A stretch of DNA of 64,000 nt from Vicugna vicugna. Taxonomy: Eukaryota. Below, in pieces: positions 11,181-23,954 of the stretch; position 1 is the stretch's first letter, and each line of letters begins with the position of its first letter. Below the pieces are notes generated by a model. It had not been told where the DNA came from and ran no database searches. It worked only from the letters and a program-made list of their open reading frames with translations. The position numbers and the translations under genes are program-made. Location: assembly GCA_013265495.1 (NCBI GenBank), contig MU057398.1, forward strand, positions 62,001 to 126,000. The letters are read 5' to 3'.

Positions 11181-12579
11181 GTGGGGGCTGGAGGCTGATA
11201 CCAACTGCCTGACAGGGCCTGGGGAGCTGGGGGCAGGGCGACCCCTCCTCTGCCCACATCCACCCTGCACTGGGCCCCGATGGGCCCCTTTACAGACAGG
11301 GAAACTTGGGGAGGCTCCGCCAGGGTGAGGTGTGGCCAAGGACCCTCAAGAAGGTGGAGGAGGGCCCCGGGGGAGCCGGGTGCAGTGAGGGCAGGAGGGT
11401 GGGTGCCAGGGCCCCACAGAGCAGGAAATGCGGCCAGACCCAAGTTTGTCCCAGGCCTCTTTGTGTTCCGAGACAGCCACTTCAGTGTCTGGTTGGAGAT
11501 GGCAGGCGGGTGGCAGGTTCCCAGAGGACGAGGGAAAAAGTGCAGCTTCAGCCTTGACTCAAAATTGCCTAATGGTGGGGGGTGGGGACTATTGACTCTG
11601 AACCTCAAGGAGCCTCACAGCACCAAGCTGACCACAGAAGGGCATGGAAGATGCATTTGGTCAGTGTCAGGTGGCCAAGGCCAAATCCCAGATCACACTA
11701 TCAGGGAATGAATTTCTGAGACTCAGTAATTCTGAACTGTATCTCCAAATGTAACTGTTATTGCAATTCTGCTATCCACTTTCATCCTCCAACTTTCAGG
11801 GTTGGACTTCTGGAACGACCCACACTCTCAGCATGACGTTGGATGCTTTCGAGCAGCCTGCTGGATTTCAGAAGAAAGGTTTCAGTAGCATGTTTACCAG
11901 AAGGGCGCTTGTACCGAGGATTAACAGTTTGGTCAAATCTCAAAAACCCTTTGTCTTTAGTTGCTGAGAACCATCGGTGTCTATAGCAGTCTCGTGACGA
12001 GATTGCTTTTAAATTTTTCAGCAATTTAAGCATTTTGTAAAGTCTGGTTTGAAGTTTGTTTAGTGGAGATCAAACTGGGTTTTGAGAACCTCGTTTTTCT
12101 CTGAAACATGATTCTTCTTCTTCATATGTTCACATTCGTTACTATTTCAGGATCAGAGATGACTTACCAAAGACACGATTGTATACAACTTTGGAGATAT
12201 TCTTTCTGAAGGTTCTGCTTTATTTTATTCTTGCAAACTGAGAATTCTCCATAGGATTTTTTCTGAAAACATAACCTAACTGGAATCAACAACTGAATAC
12301 TAAATTCCATTCTTAAAGATCCAGGTGCTATGAATGCCGTGCTGGTATACCAAACCACTGAGTGAGATTATTATCCTATGTTGTATTATAATTTTAAATG
12401 TATAAACATTCTCTATTTTATATTCTTTGAAATTTAATTTTAATTACACAAGTGAAATATGGATATAATCTCATTTTAAAATAGTAAACAAATAGGGATG
12501 AAATAAAGGCCCTTTTACCCACTTTCTAGGCCCCTCCTAATCCCCCCTCAAAAGGATCCTTATCTAATCGGTTTTTCTT

Positions 12580-13900
12580 TTAAATTTTAAGCCAATCTTG
12601 TGCATTTCTCTTCAGAATGGATTTAAGAATCAGCTCATCAGTTTCCAAGAAAATTCTCTTGGGATTTCTTTTTTAGTAGGGTTGCAATTGATGTTATAGA
12701 TTAATTTCAAGGGAACTTTCATCTTCCAAAGTTGAGCATTTCTCTCCAAGAACATGATCCAGCTCACCATCTGCTCAGGCCTGCTTTTATGTCCTATAGT
12801 AAGTTTTTATATTTTTCTTCACATCAGTCTTTCATGTTTTAGTACATTTTAGTCAAAAGCATTTTACAGTTTGTGTTGCTCTTGGGCTCAGGGTTTTTTA
12901 AAATACTACATTTGTTCATTGCTAATGACTGGGAAGATAGAGCTTGTGAAAAGCTCTCATATGAGCTCTAATGACTTTCCGGGTACTTCTTTTAGATTCT
13001 TTAGACATATGAGTATAACATCTCTGAATAATTTGGGTTTTTCTCTTCCAATATTTATATGCCATATTTCTTTTTCATCTCACATTGATCAAGATGAGTC
13101 CTGTACAGAAGTGTGGCAAGAATGGCATAAACAGGTGTTGAATTTTATCAAATGCTTTTCCTACATCAATTGAGATAAAATATTTATGCTTCCCCTTTAA
13201 CCAGCAATGAAGTGAATTACATTAATAACTCTGTCAATAGGAATTTATCATTGCATGATAAAGGATATGATTTAGTATCTTTGTGTTTGGATTCATAAGA
13301 AAGACTGGTCTACACAGAGCTTTCGTTCCACTGTCTTAGTCCAGTTTCTTCTGTGGATAATGGTTGATTTTGATTTTATACTTCTTGACCATTTTTTAAA
13401 TTCATATTTTATAGACAATAACCTATTTCATCTAGATTTTCCAATGCATTCATATTAAGCTGCATGTAATAATCTCTTACAATTTTTAGAAAAATTGTCT
13501 CTGCACCTGAAGTTTCAACCCACCCTGTTTCTTATGATATTTATTTATTTCTTCACACTCTTTTCTCCCAATCAAAACTGCCATGAGTTTGTGCATTTTT
13601 TGTTTTGATCTTTCAACTATTCTGAGCTTTGGTTTTTTATTTCTTTCATTAATCATTAATTTCAATATCAAGGGTTTCCTTTGGTTGGTAATTTCTAGTT
13701 TTAATGCTTTGGAATCAATGACTATGATTTTTTTTCTGCTTTTGGACTTGTTGGAATTTTGTTTCTGACCAAACACATAGTCAGTTTTGGATAATGCTTC
13801 ATATTCCTCTGAGAGGAATCTGTGTTATCTGATTGTCGGGTGCAGTTGTATATACACTGTATATCTGTTAGGTGAAGTTCGTGACTTGTGTTATTTAAAG
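12580..13900 (-). mobile_element. Old fragmented L1 (L1M-type)
   Basis: T-rich sequence with typical antisense L1 motifs (tttaagaatcagctcatcagtttcc, gttgaattttatcaaatgcttttcctacatcaattgagat). Boundaries approximate. Confidence 0.65.
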
Positions 13901-13913
13901 CCTCTATATTCTT

Positions 13914-14106
13914 TTTTTTTTATTGAAGTATAGTCAGTTTACAATGTTGTATTAATTTCCAGTGTGCAGCATAGTGATTCAGTTATACACATATATATTC
14001 TTTTTGATATTCTTTTTTATTATAGGATTTGCAGATACTAACTACTATACATAAACTAGATAAACAACAAGGTCCAAATACATAGCACAGAGAACTGAAT
14101 TCAAAT
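13914..14106 (-). mobile_element. Young 5'-inverted (twin-primed) L1 3' fragment with TSD
   Basis: Poly(T) and antisense L1 3' end up to about 14026, then a sense L1 3' UTR segment. Flanked by the direct repeat cctctatattctt (13901-13913 and 14107-14119). Confidence 0.85.
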
Positions 14107-14439
14107 CCTCTATATTCTTACTTATTTTTTTGTTTCCTTGGTCTGTCAGTTCCTGACAGAAGTACAGCAAGCCTCTTCCACTCTGATTATGTCAATTTCT
14201 TTTTGAACTTTTAGCAGTTTTTAGCATCATATATTAGCTATGTTGAACACAAAGTTTTATGCCCATCATAACTTCTCTGGACTTGTGTCTTTTATTTATA
14301 GGAATATTTGTATTTGTCCCTTTGGAAGCCTTTTGCTTTGGGTTCTATTTCACATGGTAATAGTATTGCTCTTCCTGCTTTTTTTCTGTTAGTATTTTCC
14401 TGGCATATTTTCTTATCCATTCATTTTGACCCTTCCCAG

Positions 14440-14870
14440 GATGTGTTTTGTAACAAGACCCTGAGTTTCTTAGGGATAGCAATGGGTCAAGTTTCAAAAC
14501 TACATTTCTCAGCCTCCCTTGCAGATGGGAGTGGCCAATGAAATGAGAGTGGAAGTCATTGGGTGGAGCTTCCAGAAAGTTCTTTACAGTGAGCTGAATT
14601 AGTGGGAGCTTCTTCCTTTTGGTCATCTTCTGCCTCTTTCTCTTTCTCCAAACCTGGAACATATATTTGATGGCTGGAGCTTCAGCAGTTATCTTGGTAC
14701 AATAAGGAAAATGCCAAGAGAATCATAAAGACCTTTCTTTCAACCTCCTTCAGTAACTAACCAAAGCCAGTTACTTCTCACTTTCAAACATCTCAATACA
14801 TGAGAAAAATAAACTTGTTGTTTTCAAACAACCCTTGTTAAAGGTCTCTTACTCCATTCAAACACAGTTA
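14440..14870 (+). mobile_element. ERVL LTR (LTR16-like)
   Basis: actacatttctcagcctcccttgcagatggg...ggccaatgaaatgagagtggaagt...gatggctggagct...gagaaaaataaac. Confidence 0.55.
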
Positions 14871-15776
14871 CTATGTTCCAGGGCCTGTAGAGGCAACCAT
14901 TGTTGTTTCTTGTGTATCCTTCTAGACATATTCTTTTTATTTCCATTATTCTATTTTTGACTTCTTATTATGGAAATTTTCTGACATACACAAAACCGCA
15001 AATAGTATGATCAACCTCATGTACCCATCACCCAGCTTCAACAACTATCCATTGATATTCTACACATGTACATGTACGTGTGCACACACACAGAGTCTTG
15101 TATTACACGAATGCCAGCAGACTGTTCACACTTTCCTTTGCCTTCCCTTTAAAAGTTAACACAGTGTACCAGAGATGGCTCCACATCAGTACATACTTTC
15201 TTCATTCTCTTTAATGTCTATGTAGTATTCCCTTATCATTTCACACATACACAAATATATGTGTAGAATCAATTCTTAGATGTGGAATCTCTGGGGAAAA
15301 TGTATATGCATTTGTAATTTTGATAGATTTTGCCAAAGTACCTTCATAGACATTATGCCAGCTCTGACTCCCATCAGCAATGCAAGAGAGTGCCAAAATT
15401 TCCTACTGTTCCCAAACTGATAATTGGAAAAAAGGTATCTCACCGTATTTCTTTCCTGTGAGCTGCATTCATACCTTTTGCCCATTTTTCTATTGAATTG
15501 TTGGCATTTTTCTTACAATTTTGTGGGAGCTATTTAATAGAAAATCTAGTCCACTTGTCTCTGATCCGTGTGATTTATCTATTCTTCTGGGCCTTGCTTA
15601 TTTTTCTCAGCACTATGTCTTTAAAATTCATCCATGCTGTAGTATAATATAGAGTTTATTCGCTTTTATCTTGCTAGAGTATTCCACTATATAACTTTAC
15701 CTTAGTGTATAGATCCATTCTACCTCTGCTGGATATTTGGTTTGTTCTCAGCACCCAAACGCTGTGATGAACCATC

Positions 15777-16160
15777 GTCTTAGTTTCTTGTGACTGCCTT
15801 AACAAAGTGCCACAAACTTGGTGGTTGACTACAACAGAAATCTATTGTGTCACAGTTCTGGAGTCAGAGGTCTAAGATCAAGGTGTCAGCAGGGCCCTGC
15901 TCCCTCTGAAGGTCCTAGGAGAGAATCACTCCCTTCAATGTCTGCCTCTCTGGTCACATGACCTTCTCCTCCTTTATCTCAAATCTCCCTCTGCCTTGCT
16001 CTTACAAGGTCACTTGTCATTGGATTTAGGACCCACCCTAATGGTGGACCCACCCCACCCTGTGATGATCCTTAATCACATCTGCAAAGACCCTTTTTCC
16101 AAATAAGGTCATATTCACAGGGTCTGGGGTTTAGGATGTCTGCGTATCTCACAGGGGCTG
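15777..16160 (-). mobile_element. MaLR LTR (MLT1B/C-like) inserted in old L1
   Basis: aacaaagtgccacaaacttggtgg...acaacagaaatctatt...aaggtgtcagcagggcc...ctgcaaagaccctttttccaaataaggtc. Confidence 0.75.
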
Positions 16161-16574
16161 TTGATCCCATGATGATTTACACTTGTTTCCTGGTACCAAC
16201 GTCCAAAGTTTCCCAAGTTTGTATACTTGGCAGTGAAATGTTGGGTCATAGGAGATATATGCCTTCAATCTTCTTACAAAACACCAACCTGTTTTCCAAC
16301 ACACACTCCCATCAGCAGTATGTGAAAGTTTCCATTGTTCCACAAGTTTGCCAACTTTTAGAATCATCAGACTTTTTGGTTCCCAGCAATCTGGTGGGAG
16401 TGTAATGACAAATGAAGTTCATATGCTTGTGAACCATTTGGTTTTCTTATCTTATGAAAAAAAAGTCTGTTCGGAACTTTGGCCCATTTTTCTGTTGTGT
16501 TATTTGTCTTTTTCTTGTTATTTTGTCCCTTCCATCTTCTAGTTAGGAAAACGTTGTCAGCGATATGTGTTTTT

Positions 16575-16675
16575 TCCCAAATCTCCCATCAGCCTCTCTT
16601 ATGTAACATATAGGAAAAGGAATTCTGGGGAATGTAGTTCTGGCTACCCAAGATGACACATTACAAAGGCACCCC
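16575..16675 (+). mobile_element. LTR33-like 3' end fragment
   Basis: aggaaaaggaattctggggaatgtagttc...gatgacacattacaaag; a similar motif occurs at about 32160-32210. Confidence 0.5.
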
Positions 16676-17970
16676 AATCCTTTTATAGAACTATGCTCAA
16701 ATGACTCTGTTTGCTTGTGCCTCTGTTTCCTGACAGGCCACTGACTGATTCAGAGGTGTAGTAATTTTTTAATCACTCAATAAAATATTTTCTAATTTCC
16801 ATCATGATGTTGTCTTTGAACCCTGGATTATTTAAATGTGTATTTCTTCATTTTTAAACATGTGGGGATTTTCCTAGTTACCTCTTCGTTGTGAGTGTCA
16901 GTGTGCCCAGGAACACAGCTGTAGGCGAACAAGTTGGGCTTGTTCCTCTCTGCAGGGAGGGAGAGGCACATCATGGGGAGCTGTGGGGTGTCTCAGAAAC
17001 AGTATTAGAAAGAACCTATTGGGTTTTAGTGGAGCGATTTTAGGGAGAATCCAAAGAATCGAGAGTTTGCTTTAAATGCTGTCAGAAAGCAAAGGTAGTT
17101 CTGTGACTGAAGATGTCAATAAATCTTCTCTACAATAAATCTCTACAATAAATCTTTCTGTCGACTACAGCAAGGCTAAAGCTGTGATTGGGAAAGTCAA
17201 GGAAGTGGGGGATGTTTGGTATCTGCAGGTTGCACATTGACCTTGGTTTTATCTGGGCTTAGAAGCAATCCTGAAATGGCCTTGCTTCATCTAACTTTAT
17301 CAGGGTCTCAGAGTAACCTTGTCTGAGCTTGGTGTTCCATGAAATGGCTTCCATCCAGTGAGAGAACAGCCTGGTCTGGCTGTGAGGGCCAGGCAGCTTA
17401 CAAATGCCAGGGGGCTGCTGTTTTGTTCTTTTTTTCCTTTCTCATGGGTTTCTAGCTTAATTATACCATGGTTAGAGATCATGCCATGAATAATTTTGAT
17501 CCTTTACAACATGTTAAGACTTGCTTTAGTCCCAGTATGTGGTCAGTTTTTGTAAAGTTCCCATGTGTGCACAGAAGAATGTGTAGTCTGCTGTTGGATG
17601 CAGTGTTGTGTCCGTGTTCATTAGATAAAACTGCCAATGTTTCAAATCCAGATCCTTTTTGATAGTTTGTCTGCTTGATCTGCCAATTACTGGGAGAGGT
17701 GTCTTAAACTCTCCCAACTCCACATATGAGGTACTTCTGCAAAATAAAAAAATTTGAACCCAAATCTAGTCAGCCCTCTAGATCCAACTAACAATTTACA
17801 GGAAATATGAAGCTCAGAGGAACTTAAACTACCCACAGGGATGCAGTCATCAACACAGACTGTGGGAACTCTTCAGTACAAACAACAATTTTCTCAACAA
17901 ATAAATTGCAAGGAAAAAAAGAGACAGAAGAAGAACCTGCAGATTAAAAAACACTTAAAAACATATTCCC

Positions 17971-18128
17971 AATAAAAGAATATGAAAACAAATATATGTA
18001 TGTATATGCATGACTGGGACATTGTGCTGTACACCAGAAATTGACACATTGTAAGTGACAGTACTTCAATTTTTAAATTTTTTAATTTAAATAAATAAAT
18101 AAAAATTTAAAATAAATAAACAAGAAAA
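17971..18128 (+). mobile_element. Camelid-type L1 extreme 3' end with A-rich tail
   Basis: aagaatatgaaaacaaatatatgtatgtatatgcatgactgggacattgtgctgtacaccagaaattgacacattgtaa...ttcaa, closely similar to 22400-22510. Confidence 0.8.
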
Positions 18129-18564
18129 TATATCATTCCCATATGGACCTCAACTGGTTCCTGATTCAAGCAAACAAATAACGTATAAAAAAAAAACTGA
18201 TGGGGGAGAATTTGAACAGAGACTGGATATTTGACAATAGTGAAAAACTGTTGTTCATTTTCAGTGTGATAATAGTATTGTAGTTATATTAATAAAGAGT
18301 CCATCTTTTAGAGGTACATAGTTAAAATTTATGCAAGTGACAATCTGTCACCTTTGCTACATCAAAATATTTTATAATCTTGATGTTATAAATTAAATGT
18401 TTTATATTTTTATTTGGAAATAATTTCAAACTTACAGAAAAGGATCAAGACTAGAATAAAAACAATTCAAATACACCTATTATTAGCATTTTTCCTCATG
18501 TACTGTATCATTCTCATCCTCTCTTTCTATTTTTGGTACTAAAAGCCTCTCTCCTCCCCCATTT

Positions 18565-18794
18565 ATTTTTTTTAACATTTTTTATTGATTTATAATCATT
18601 TTACAATGTTGCGTCAAATTCCAGTGTTCAGCACAATTTTTCAGTCATTCATGGACATATACACACTCATTGTCACACTTTTTTCTCTGTGAGTTATCGT
18701 AACATTTTGTGTATATTTCCCTGTGCTATACAGTGTAATCTTGTTTATCTATTCTACAATTTTGAAATCCCAGTCTATCCCTTCCCACCCTCCA
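18565..18794 (-). mobile_element. Young 5'-truncated L1 3' end
   Basis: Poly(T)-like tract, then ttattgatttataatcattttacaatgttg...ttccctgtgctatacag...cccttcccaccc. Short direct repeat ccccattt at 18557 and 18795. Confidence 0.75.
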
Positions 18795-19178
18795 CCCCAT
18801 TTGTTTATTCATCTATTTATCTCTTTATTATTGGTCTGGACTCAAGGTTTCCATCTTTTGGTGGCTTATAATTCATTACTGTCCTTACTCATTTGGTGCT
18901 CAAATTTGGCCTAAGGCATGGTTGAGTTTTCTAAATATTCTCTGTGTGCCTGAAAAGACTTCTCTGTGGGGCACAAGCTTTGGTATGAATGTCTGTGTGC
19001 ACATTTACATGTGTCTAATATATATTTTTATGTTAGCTTATTCTTATCTTTAAATCTTCTATAGTGTTGCTTCTATTTTGTCCGTTTAGTCTCTAAATTG
19101 CTGGGACAGTTGTATTTAAATCTCCTACTATGTTTGTAGATTTGGCCATTTCTTCCAATGATTGCTTTTGTCAGTTTC

Positions 19179-19216
19179 AGAGATAGATAGATAGAGAGAC
19201 AGACAGACAGACAGAC
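19179..19216. repeat. Compound (GATA)n/(GACA)n microsatellite
   Basis: agagatagatagatagagagacagacagacagacagaca. Confidence 0.9.
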
Positions 19217-19234
19217 AACACTGTTAGAAAAGGA

Positions 19235-19445
19235 AGGATAGCATAGCAGTTAAAAGCATAAAATCTGTATTGAACTGCAAGTATCAAATCCAGGATCCTT
19301 TATGAATGACTTAATTTGTTTGTGCCTCTGTTTCTTCATCTGTAAAATGAGCATCACAAAAGTACCTTCCTCACAGAATTTTTGTAAGTACTGAGTGATT
19401 TCATCGCATAGGGTACTTTGAACGGTAAGTGTCTGCTATTATTAC
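19235..19445 (+). mobile_element. MIR SINE
   Basis: agcatagcagttaaaagcat...tgtgcctctgtttcttcatctgtaaaatgag...gtaccttcctcacag...ctattattac. Confidence 0.7.
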
Positions 19446-20904
19446 TTACACACAGGTTAATAAATTTTGTAATGTTCAAAGTAGATTGTTTTGTTTATCA
19501 ATATAAAATGCTTCTTCTAACTCTGTTTGTCTTAAATTCTATTTTGTAGGATAATTAACATGATAATATTTCTTTTCCTTTGGTTAGTATTGAGTTGGTT
19601 TAGCTTTTATTTTTCCTTTATTCTCAGCCTTTCTTAATTACCTTATGTTAAGTGTATCTCTTATTTGTTTCATCCATCCAATCTGAGAATCTATTTTAAT
19701 CAATGATTTAACCTACTTACCCTTATTTTGATTCTTGAAATATTTGGGCTTTCTGTCTTATTTTATATGTTCTTTCTATTTTTTCTTTCTTGCTGTGAAT
19801 TGGATTATTTATTTAACTTTTTGACTTAATTTTCCTTTACTAACATGGAATTTATACATTTTGTGTCTATTCATTTAGTGATTATTCTCACATTTTAATG
19901 GGCATGTCAATTTATACCGTTTTAAGAAAGATTAAGGTCAATCACCATCTCCAGCCTCCTTCCAAGCAAGATAAGAGCTTCCATGCATTTTAATATCCCT
20001 GCCTGCCCCCACTTCATCCTTAGTGTTGTGTGAATTTTCAACACCCCTCCCCAATACTAATTTAGATTTTTCAACATCCTTTGCCAATTTATTTGCTCAC
20101 TATTGCTTCTCCATACAATTTCTTTCTTCCAGGATGTTTTATTCCTGCAAGAGTATACCCTTTAGTTATTGTATAAGTAAAGATTATGTTTGGATGCTTG
20201 TAATAAGGAGTCTCAAGTCAGCAGTCCAAGATTGGCCATGCCACTCAACAACTTTTCAAGAACCCAGTTTCCTTTTGAACCTCATGAATGGTATGAAAAT
20301 TCCTGGCATAAGGAAAGGAGACAGTTAAAGAGCCAAATGTGCATGTTAGCTCAGTCTAACCGTTTCCAACAGAAGGTTGCTGAGTAAGCAAACAGTAGCT
20401 GCACAGTCGTTTTTTCAGATTTGTGTGTAGGTAGCACAATCCCTTCAACTTGGTACATCTGGCCCTTCCTTTGAATGAGAGTAGACCTGGGTGTAGAATG
20501 CCAGGTAGACAGCTTTCCTCCGTCAGGACCTGGAGTCTCTTTGTTGTCATATCATGCATAGCTTACCATCAATCTGTCTTTCCTCTTGAGTGAATGTTAA
20601 GATTTTTATCTTTGTCTTTGATGTTCTATGCTTTCACCACAATGAATTTGAGGATATGTTTTCTTTTTTGGGAAAAAAAAAACCTTACTTGGCTCATGGT
20701 GAGCTCTTGAAATTTGAGAACTCATATCTTGAGTCCAATCCAGAAATTTTTCAACTGTTAACTCCTAGAATATTTGATCTCTCATGCTTACTGTTCTTTC
20801 CAATTGGATATCCTATTCAGTCTTGGAGGGTCTTGACTGATCATCACCCATGTCTCTTTGTCTCCCTGTGCTATGCTTTAGGGGCAGTTTCTTGTTCTAT
20901 CTCT

Positions 20905-21725
20905 TTGTTAGAGATTGAAGTGTCCCCCCTACACACACACAAAATTCATATGTTGAAGGCCTAATCCTCAATACTTCAGCATGTGACTGTATGTGGAGAT
21001 GGGGTCTTCACAGAAGTGATCAAGTTTCAAGTGAGGTCATTAGGGTGGGCCCCACTCTCACATGACTGGTGTCCATATTAAAAAGGGAAATTTGGAGACA
21101 TAGCCAGGCATGGAAGGAAGATGATGAGAAGACACAGGGAGAAGATGGTGTCTACAAGCCGAGGAGAGAGAACTGCATGCACACTCCACTCGGGCCTCAT
21201 TGGCCTCCTTGCTGTTCTTACCACAGGGCCTTTGTACTGTTTCCCTGGCCTGGAACACTCTTCTCCCAGACAGCCACATGGCTTATATCTTAGATTGAAT
21301 TTCCCAGAGCAGACCCTGAAATGAAGAGTTAAGTGAAAGTACTTTATTTGAGAAGTGAACCCAGGAAGACCAGTAGGAGAATGGGGAAGTGAAGCAGGGA
21401 AGGAAGGCTATCAGCACTAGGTGTATTAAAGCAAGTCACCACTGGGGGCAAGTGGATCTCAAGCCTGAGATGCAAGGGAGCTGAGGTATTTATCCTCCAA
21501 CTCCCATCCATCATTGCCTGAGGGCTCTTTAAAGAAGCATTGATCCTCACCGATCCATATGAGAATGCAGCCAACCAACACCTTAATTACAGCCTGGTGG
21601 GATCTTGAGCAGAGGACCAGCTAAGCCCAGGTACCTAACCCAGGGACTGGGAGTTAATAAATGTATACTGTTTTAAGCTACTAAGTTTTTGGTCACTTGT
21701 TATGCAACAATAGAAAACATATACC
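20905..21725. mobile_element. Cluster of MaLR (MLT1-family) LTR fragments
   Basis: gtgtcccccta...aaaattcatatgttgaaggcctaatcc (MLT1A/B start) and ttttaagctactaagtttttgg...ttgttatgcaacaatagaaaac (MLT1 end). Confidence 0.65.
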
Positions 21726-21726
21726 T

Positions 21727-22835
21727 GTTGTAGAGAGTTGAAAGGTAACCCTCTAAAAGACATGTAGACATGGAACCTGTGAATGTAAGTTTATTTAGAA
21801 AAAGGGTCTTTACAGATATGATTAAGTGAAGGGTTTCCATGTCTTGGCTATTGCATATAGTGCTGCTATGAAGACTGGGGTGCATGTATCTTTTTTAATT
21901 AGAATTCCCTCTGGATATATGCCCAAGAGTGGGATTGCTAGATCATATGGTAAGTCTATTTTTAGTTTTTTGCAACCTAAATGTCCATCGACAGATGACT
22001 GGATAAAGAAGTTGTGGTATATTTATACAATGGAATACTACTCAGCCATAAAAAAGAATAAAACAATGCCATTTGCAGCAACATGGATGGACCTGGAGAT
22101 CATCATTCTAAGTGAAGTAAGTCGGAAAGAGAAAGACAAATATCATATGATATCACTTAATATGTGGAATCTAAAAAAAGAAAAACAAAGACAATAATGA
22201 ACTCATCTACAAAACAGAAACAGACTCACAGACATGGTAAAAAATCTTACGATTATTGGGGGAAAGAGGGTGGGAAGGGATAAATTTGGAAGTTTGAGAT
22301 TTGCAAATATTAACTACTACATACGAAAATAGATTTTAAAATTTTCATCTGTATAGCACAGGGAACTACATGCAACATCTTGTAATAACCTTCAATGGAA
22401 AAGAATATGAAAATGAAATGAATATATGTATGCATATGCATGACTGGGACATTGTGCTATACATCAGAAATTAACGCATTGTAACTGACTATACTTCAAC
22501 TTAAAAAAAAGTGAAGTATCTCAGTATGTGATCATTCTGGATTAGGGTGGACACTAAATCCAATGACTAGGGTCCATCTATGAGACAGAAGAGAAGACAC
22601 AGACACAGAGGAGAAGCCACATGAAGGTAAGAGCAGAAATTGAAAGGGTGCAGCCACAAGCCAAGAACACCAGGGGTTACTGGCCACTGCTGGAAACTGG
22701 AAGAGAGGCCTGGAACAGAGGAGACCAACCTTGCCCACACCTGGATCCCAGACTTCTACCTCCAAAATTGTGAGAGAATCTGTTTCCATTGCTTGAAGCC
22801 CCCCAGTTTGTGGCACTTTGTTATGGCAGCCCCAT
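21727..22835 (+). mobile_element. MLT1C-like LTR split by a younger L1 insertion
   Basis: 5' part gaacctgtgaatgtaagtttatt...agggtctttacagatatgattaagtgaag resumes after the L1 at about 22517 and ends gcccccagtttgtggcactttgttatggcagccc. Confidence 0.75.
21832..22508 (+). mobile_element. 5'-inverted (twin-primed) L1: ORF2 C-terminus, 3' UTR and poly(A)
   Basis: 21832-21972 is antisense L1. From 21973 it reads sense QPKCPSTDDWIKKLWYIYTMEYYSAIKKN (L1 ORF2 end). TSD aagtgaag at 21824-21831 and 22509-22516. Confidence 0.9.
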
Positions 22836-23954
22836 GAAATTCATAGCCCTGTGAGTGCGCAAAGCAGTAGCACACAGGGCAGAGCGCAATGTGCTTTTTA
22901 GAGCTACGGAGTCCAGTAGGGGTAGAGTAGGGAGGAAAGATGATGTCCAGCCTGGGGCCCAGGGGACACCTATGGGCAGGTTGCAGAGAAGAAGTAGAAT
23001 TGGGCTTGATCCTGAGGAAAAGGAAGTCCGTGAACAGACAAAAGAGACATACGAGAGAGTTAAGCAGAGCAGGGTGTGTCTGTCCAAGGTGTAGTGTTTC
23101 CTCTGGTGTCTTAAGTGTGCAAGAAGGACGGGGGGATCATTGAGGAGCTGGGGCTGGTTCTGCTGCCAGCCTTGGCCTCTCTGCTATGGGCTGCAAGGGG
23201 CTGTTGAGCGGCTTTAAGCAAGTGTGGGCAAGATGTGATTGGCACATTTCAAGGATCTCTCTGCTGCTGGATGGAAGAGGGTTTGGAGAAGACTGACCTG
23301 GAGACTGACCTGGAGGCTGGGCGAGCCAGAGGAGGACATCACCGTGGTCCAGAGGAAAGAGGGGACCTGTGAACACAGTGAGAATGAAGAGGGTGACACG
23401 TGGTAAAGTCGAACCAGCCGAATGACAAGAGAGACAGAGGTGGGAAAGAAGACCAGCAAACCTCGAGCCAGTGAAAGCTTCCACAGCAAAGTAGACATTG
23501 CTTGATGCTCAAAAACCCAGAGGAAGCCAGAAAGGCAACTACAGCAGGAAACAAGGCAGTTATGGGAAGGCCCCTGCCCCTGCATGTCTGAACCATCGAG
23601 TGGTTCCTGATGGACCCATCAATCTATCAAGTGAGTCCCTTTTAGGTGACTACAGTGGCCTTTCCCTCCACAGGCGGTGATTCTGAGCCCTCTGGATCCC
23701 AGCAGGGCCAGGACCTTTCCAGCCCTTCCCTGTTCTCAGATGGGAATAATTAAATTCTAGGTACAAGGGACTCAGCTGTTACAAGGATTAAATCTTCTAG
23801 GCCTGCTTCCCGATTTTTACATTCCATTCAGATTGAGCTGTAAATCTCAGCAGAGAGCAGAAGTTTCCAGAGGGGGCAGGGTCTCCCCTGCCTGTGCTCC
23901 TAAGGCTTCTCTGCCTCCTGTAGTGGTCAGGGCCCCTGTGGCCAAGGCCAGTGG

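Noticed and set aside
11620..12360. Non-repetitive-looking sequence after the RENBP fragment, with splice-like sites and short ORFs
   Set aside because: I could not recognise further RENBP exons or any other protein in the frames I read; a BLASTx search would be needed.
21826..22197. 123-aa ORF with an L1 ORF2-like C-terminus
   Set aside because: It is a GTG-started chance fusion across the inversion junction of a truncated L1.
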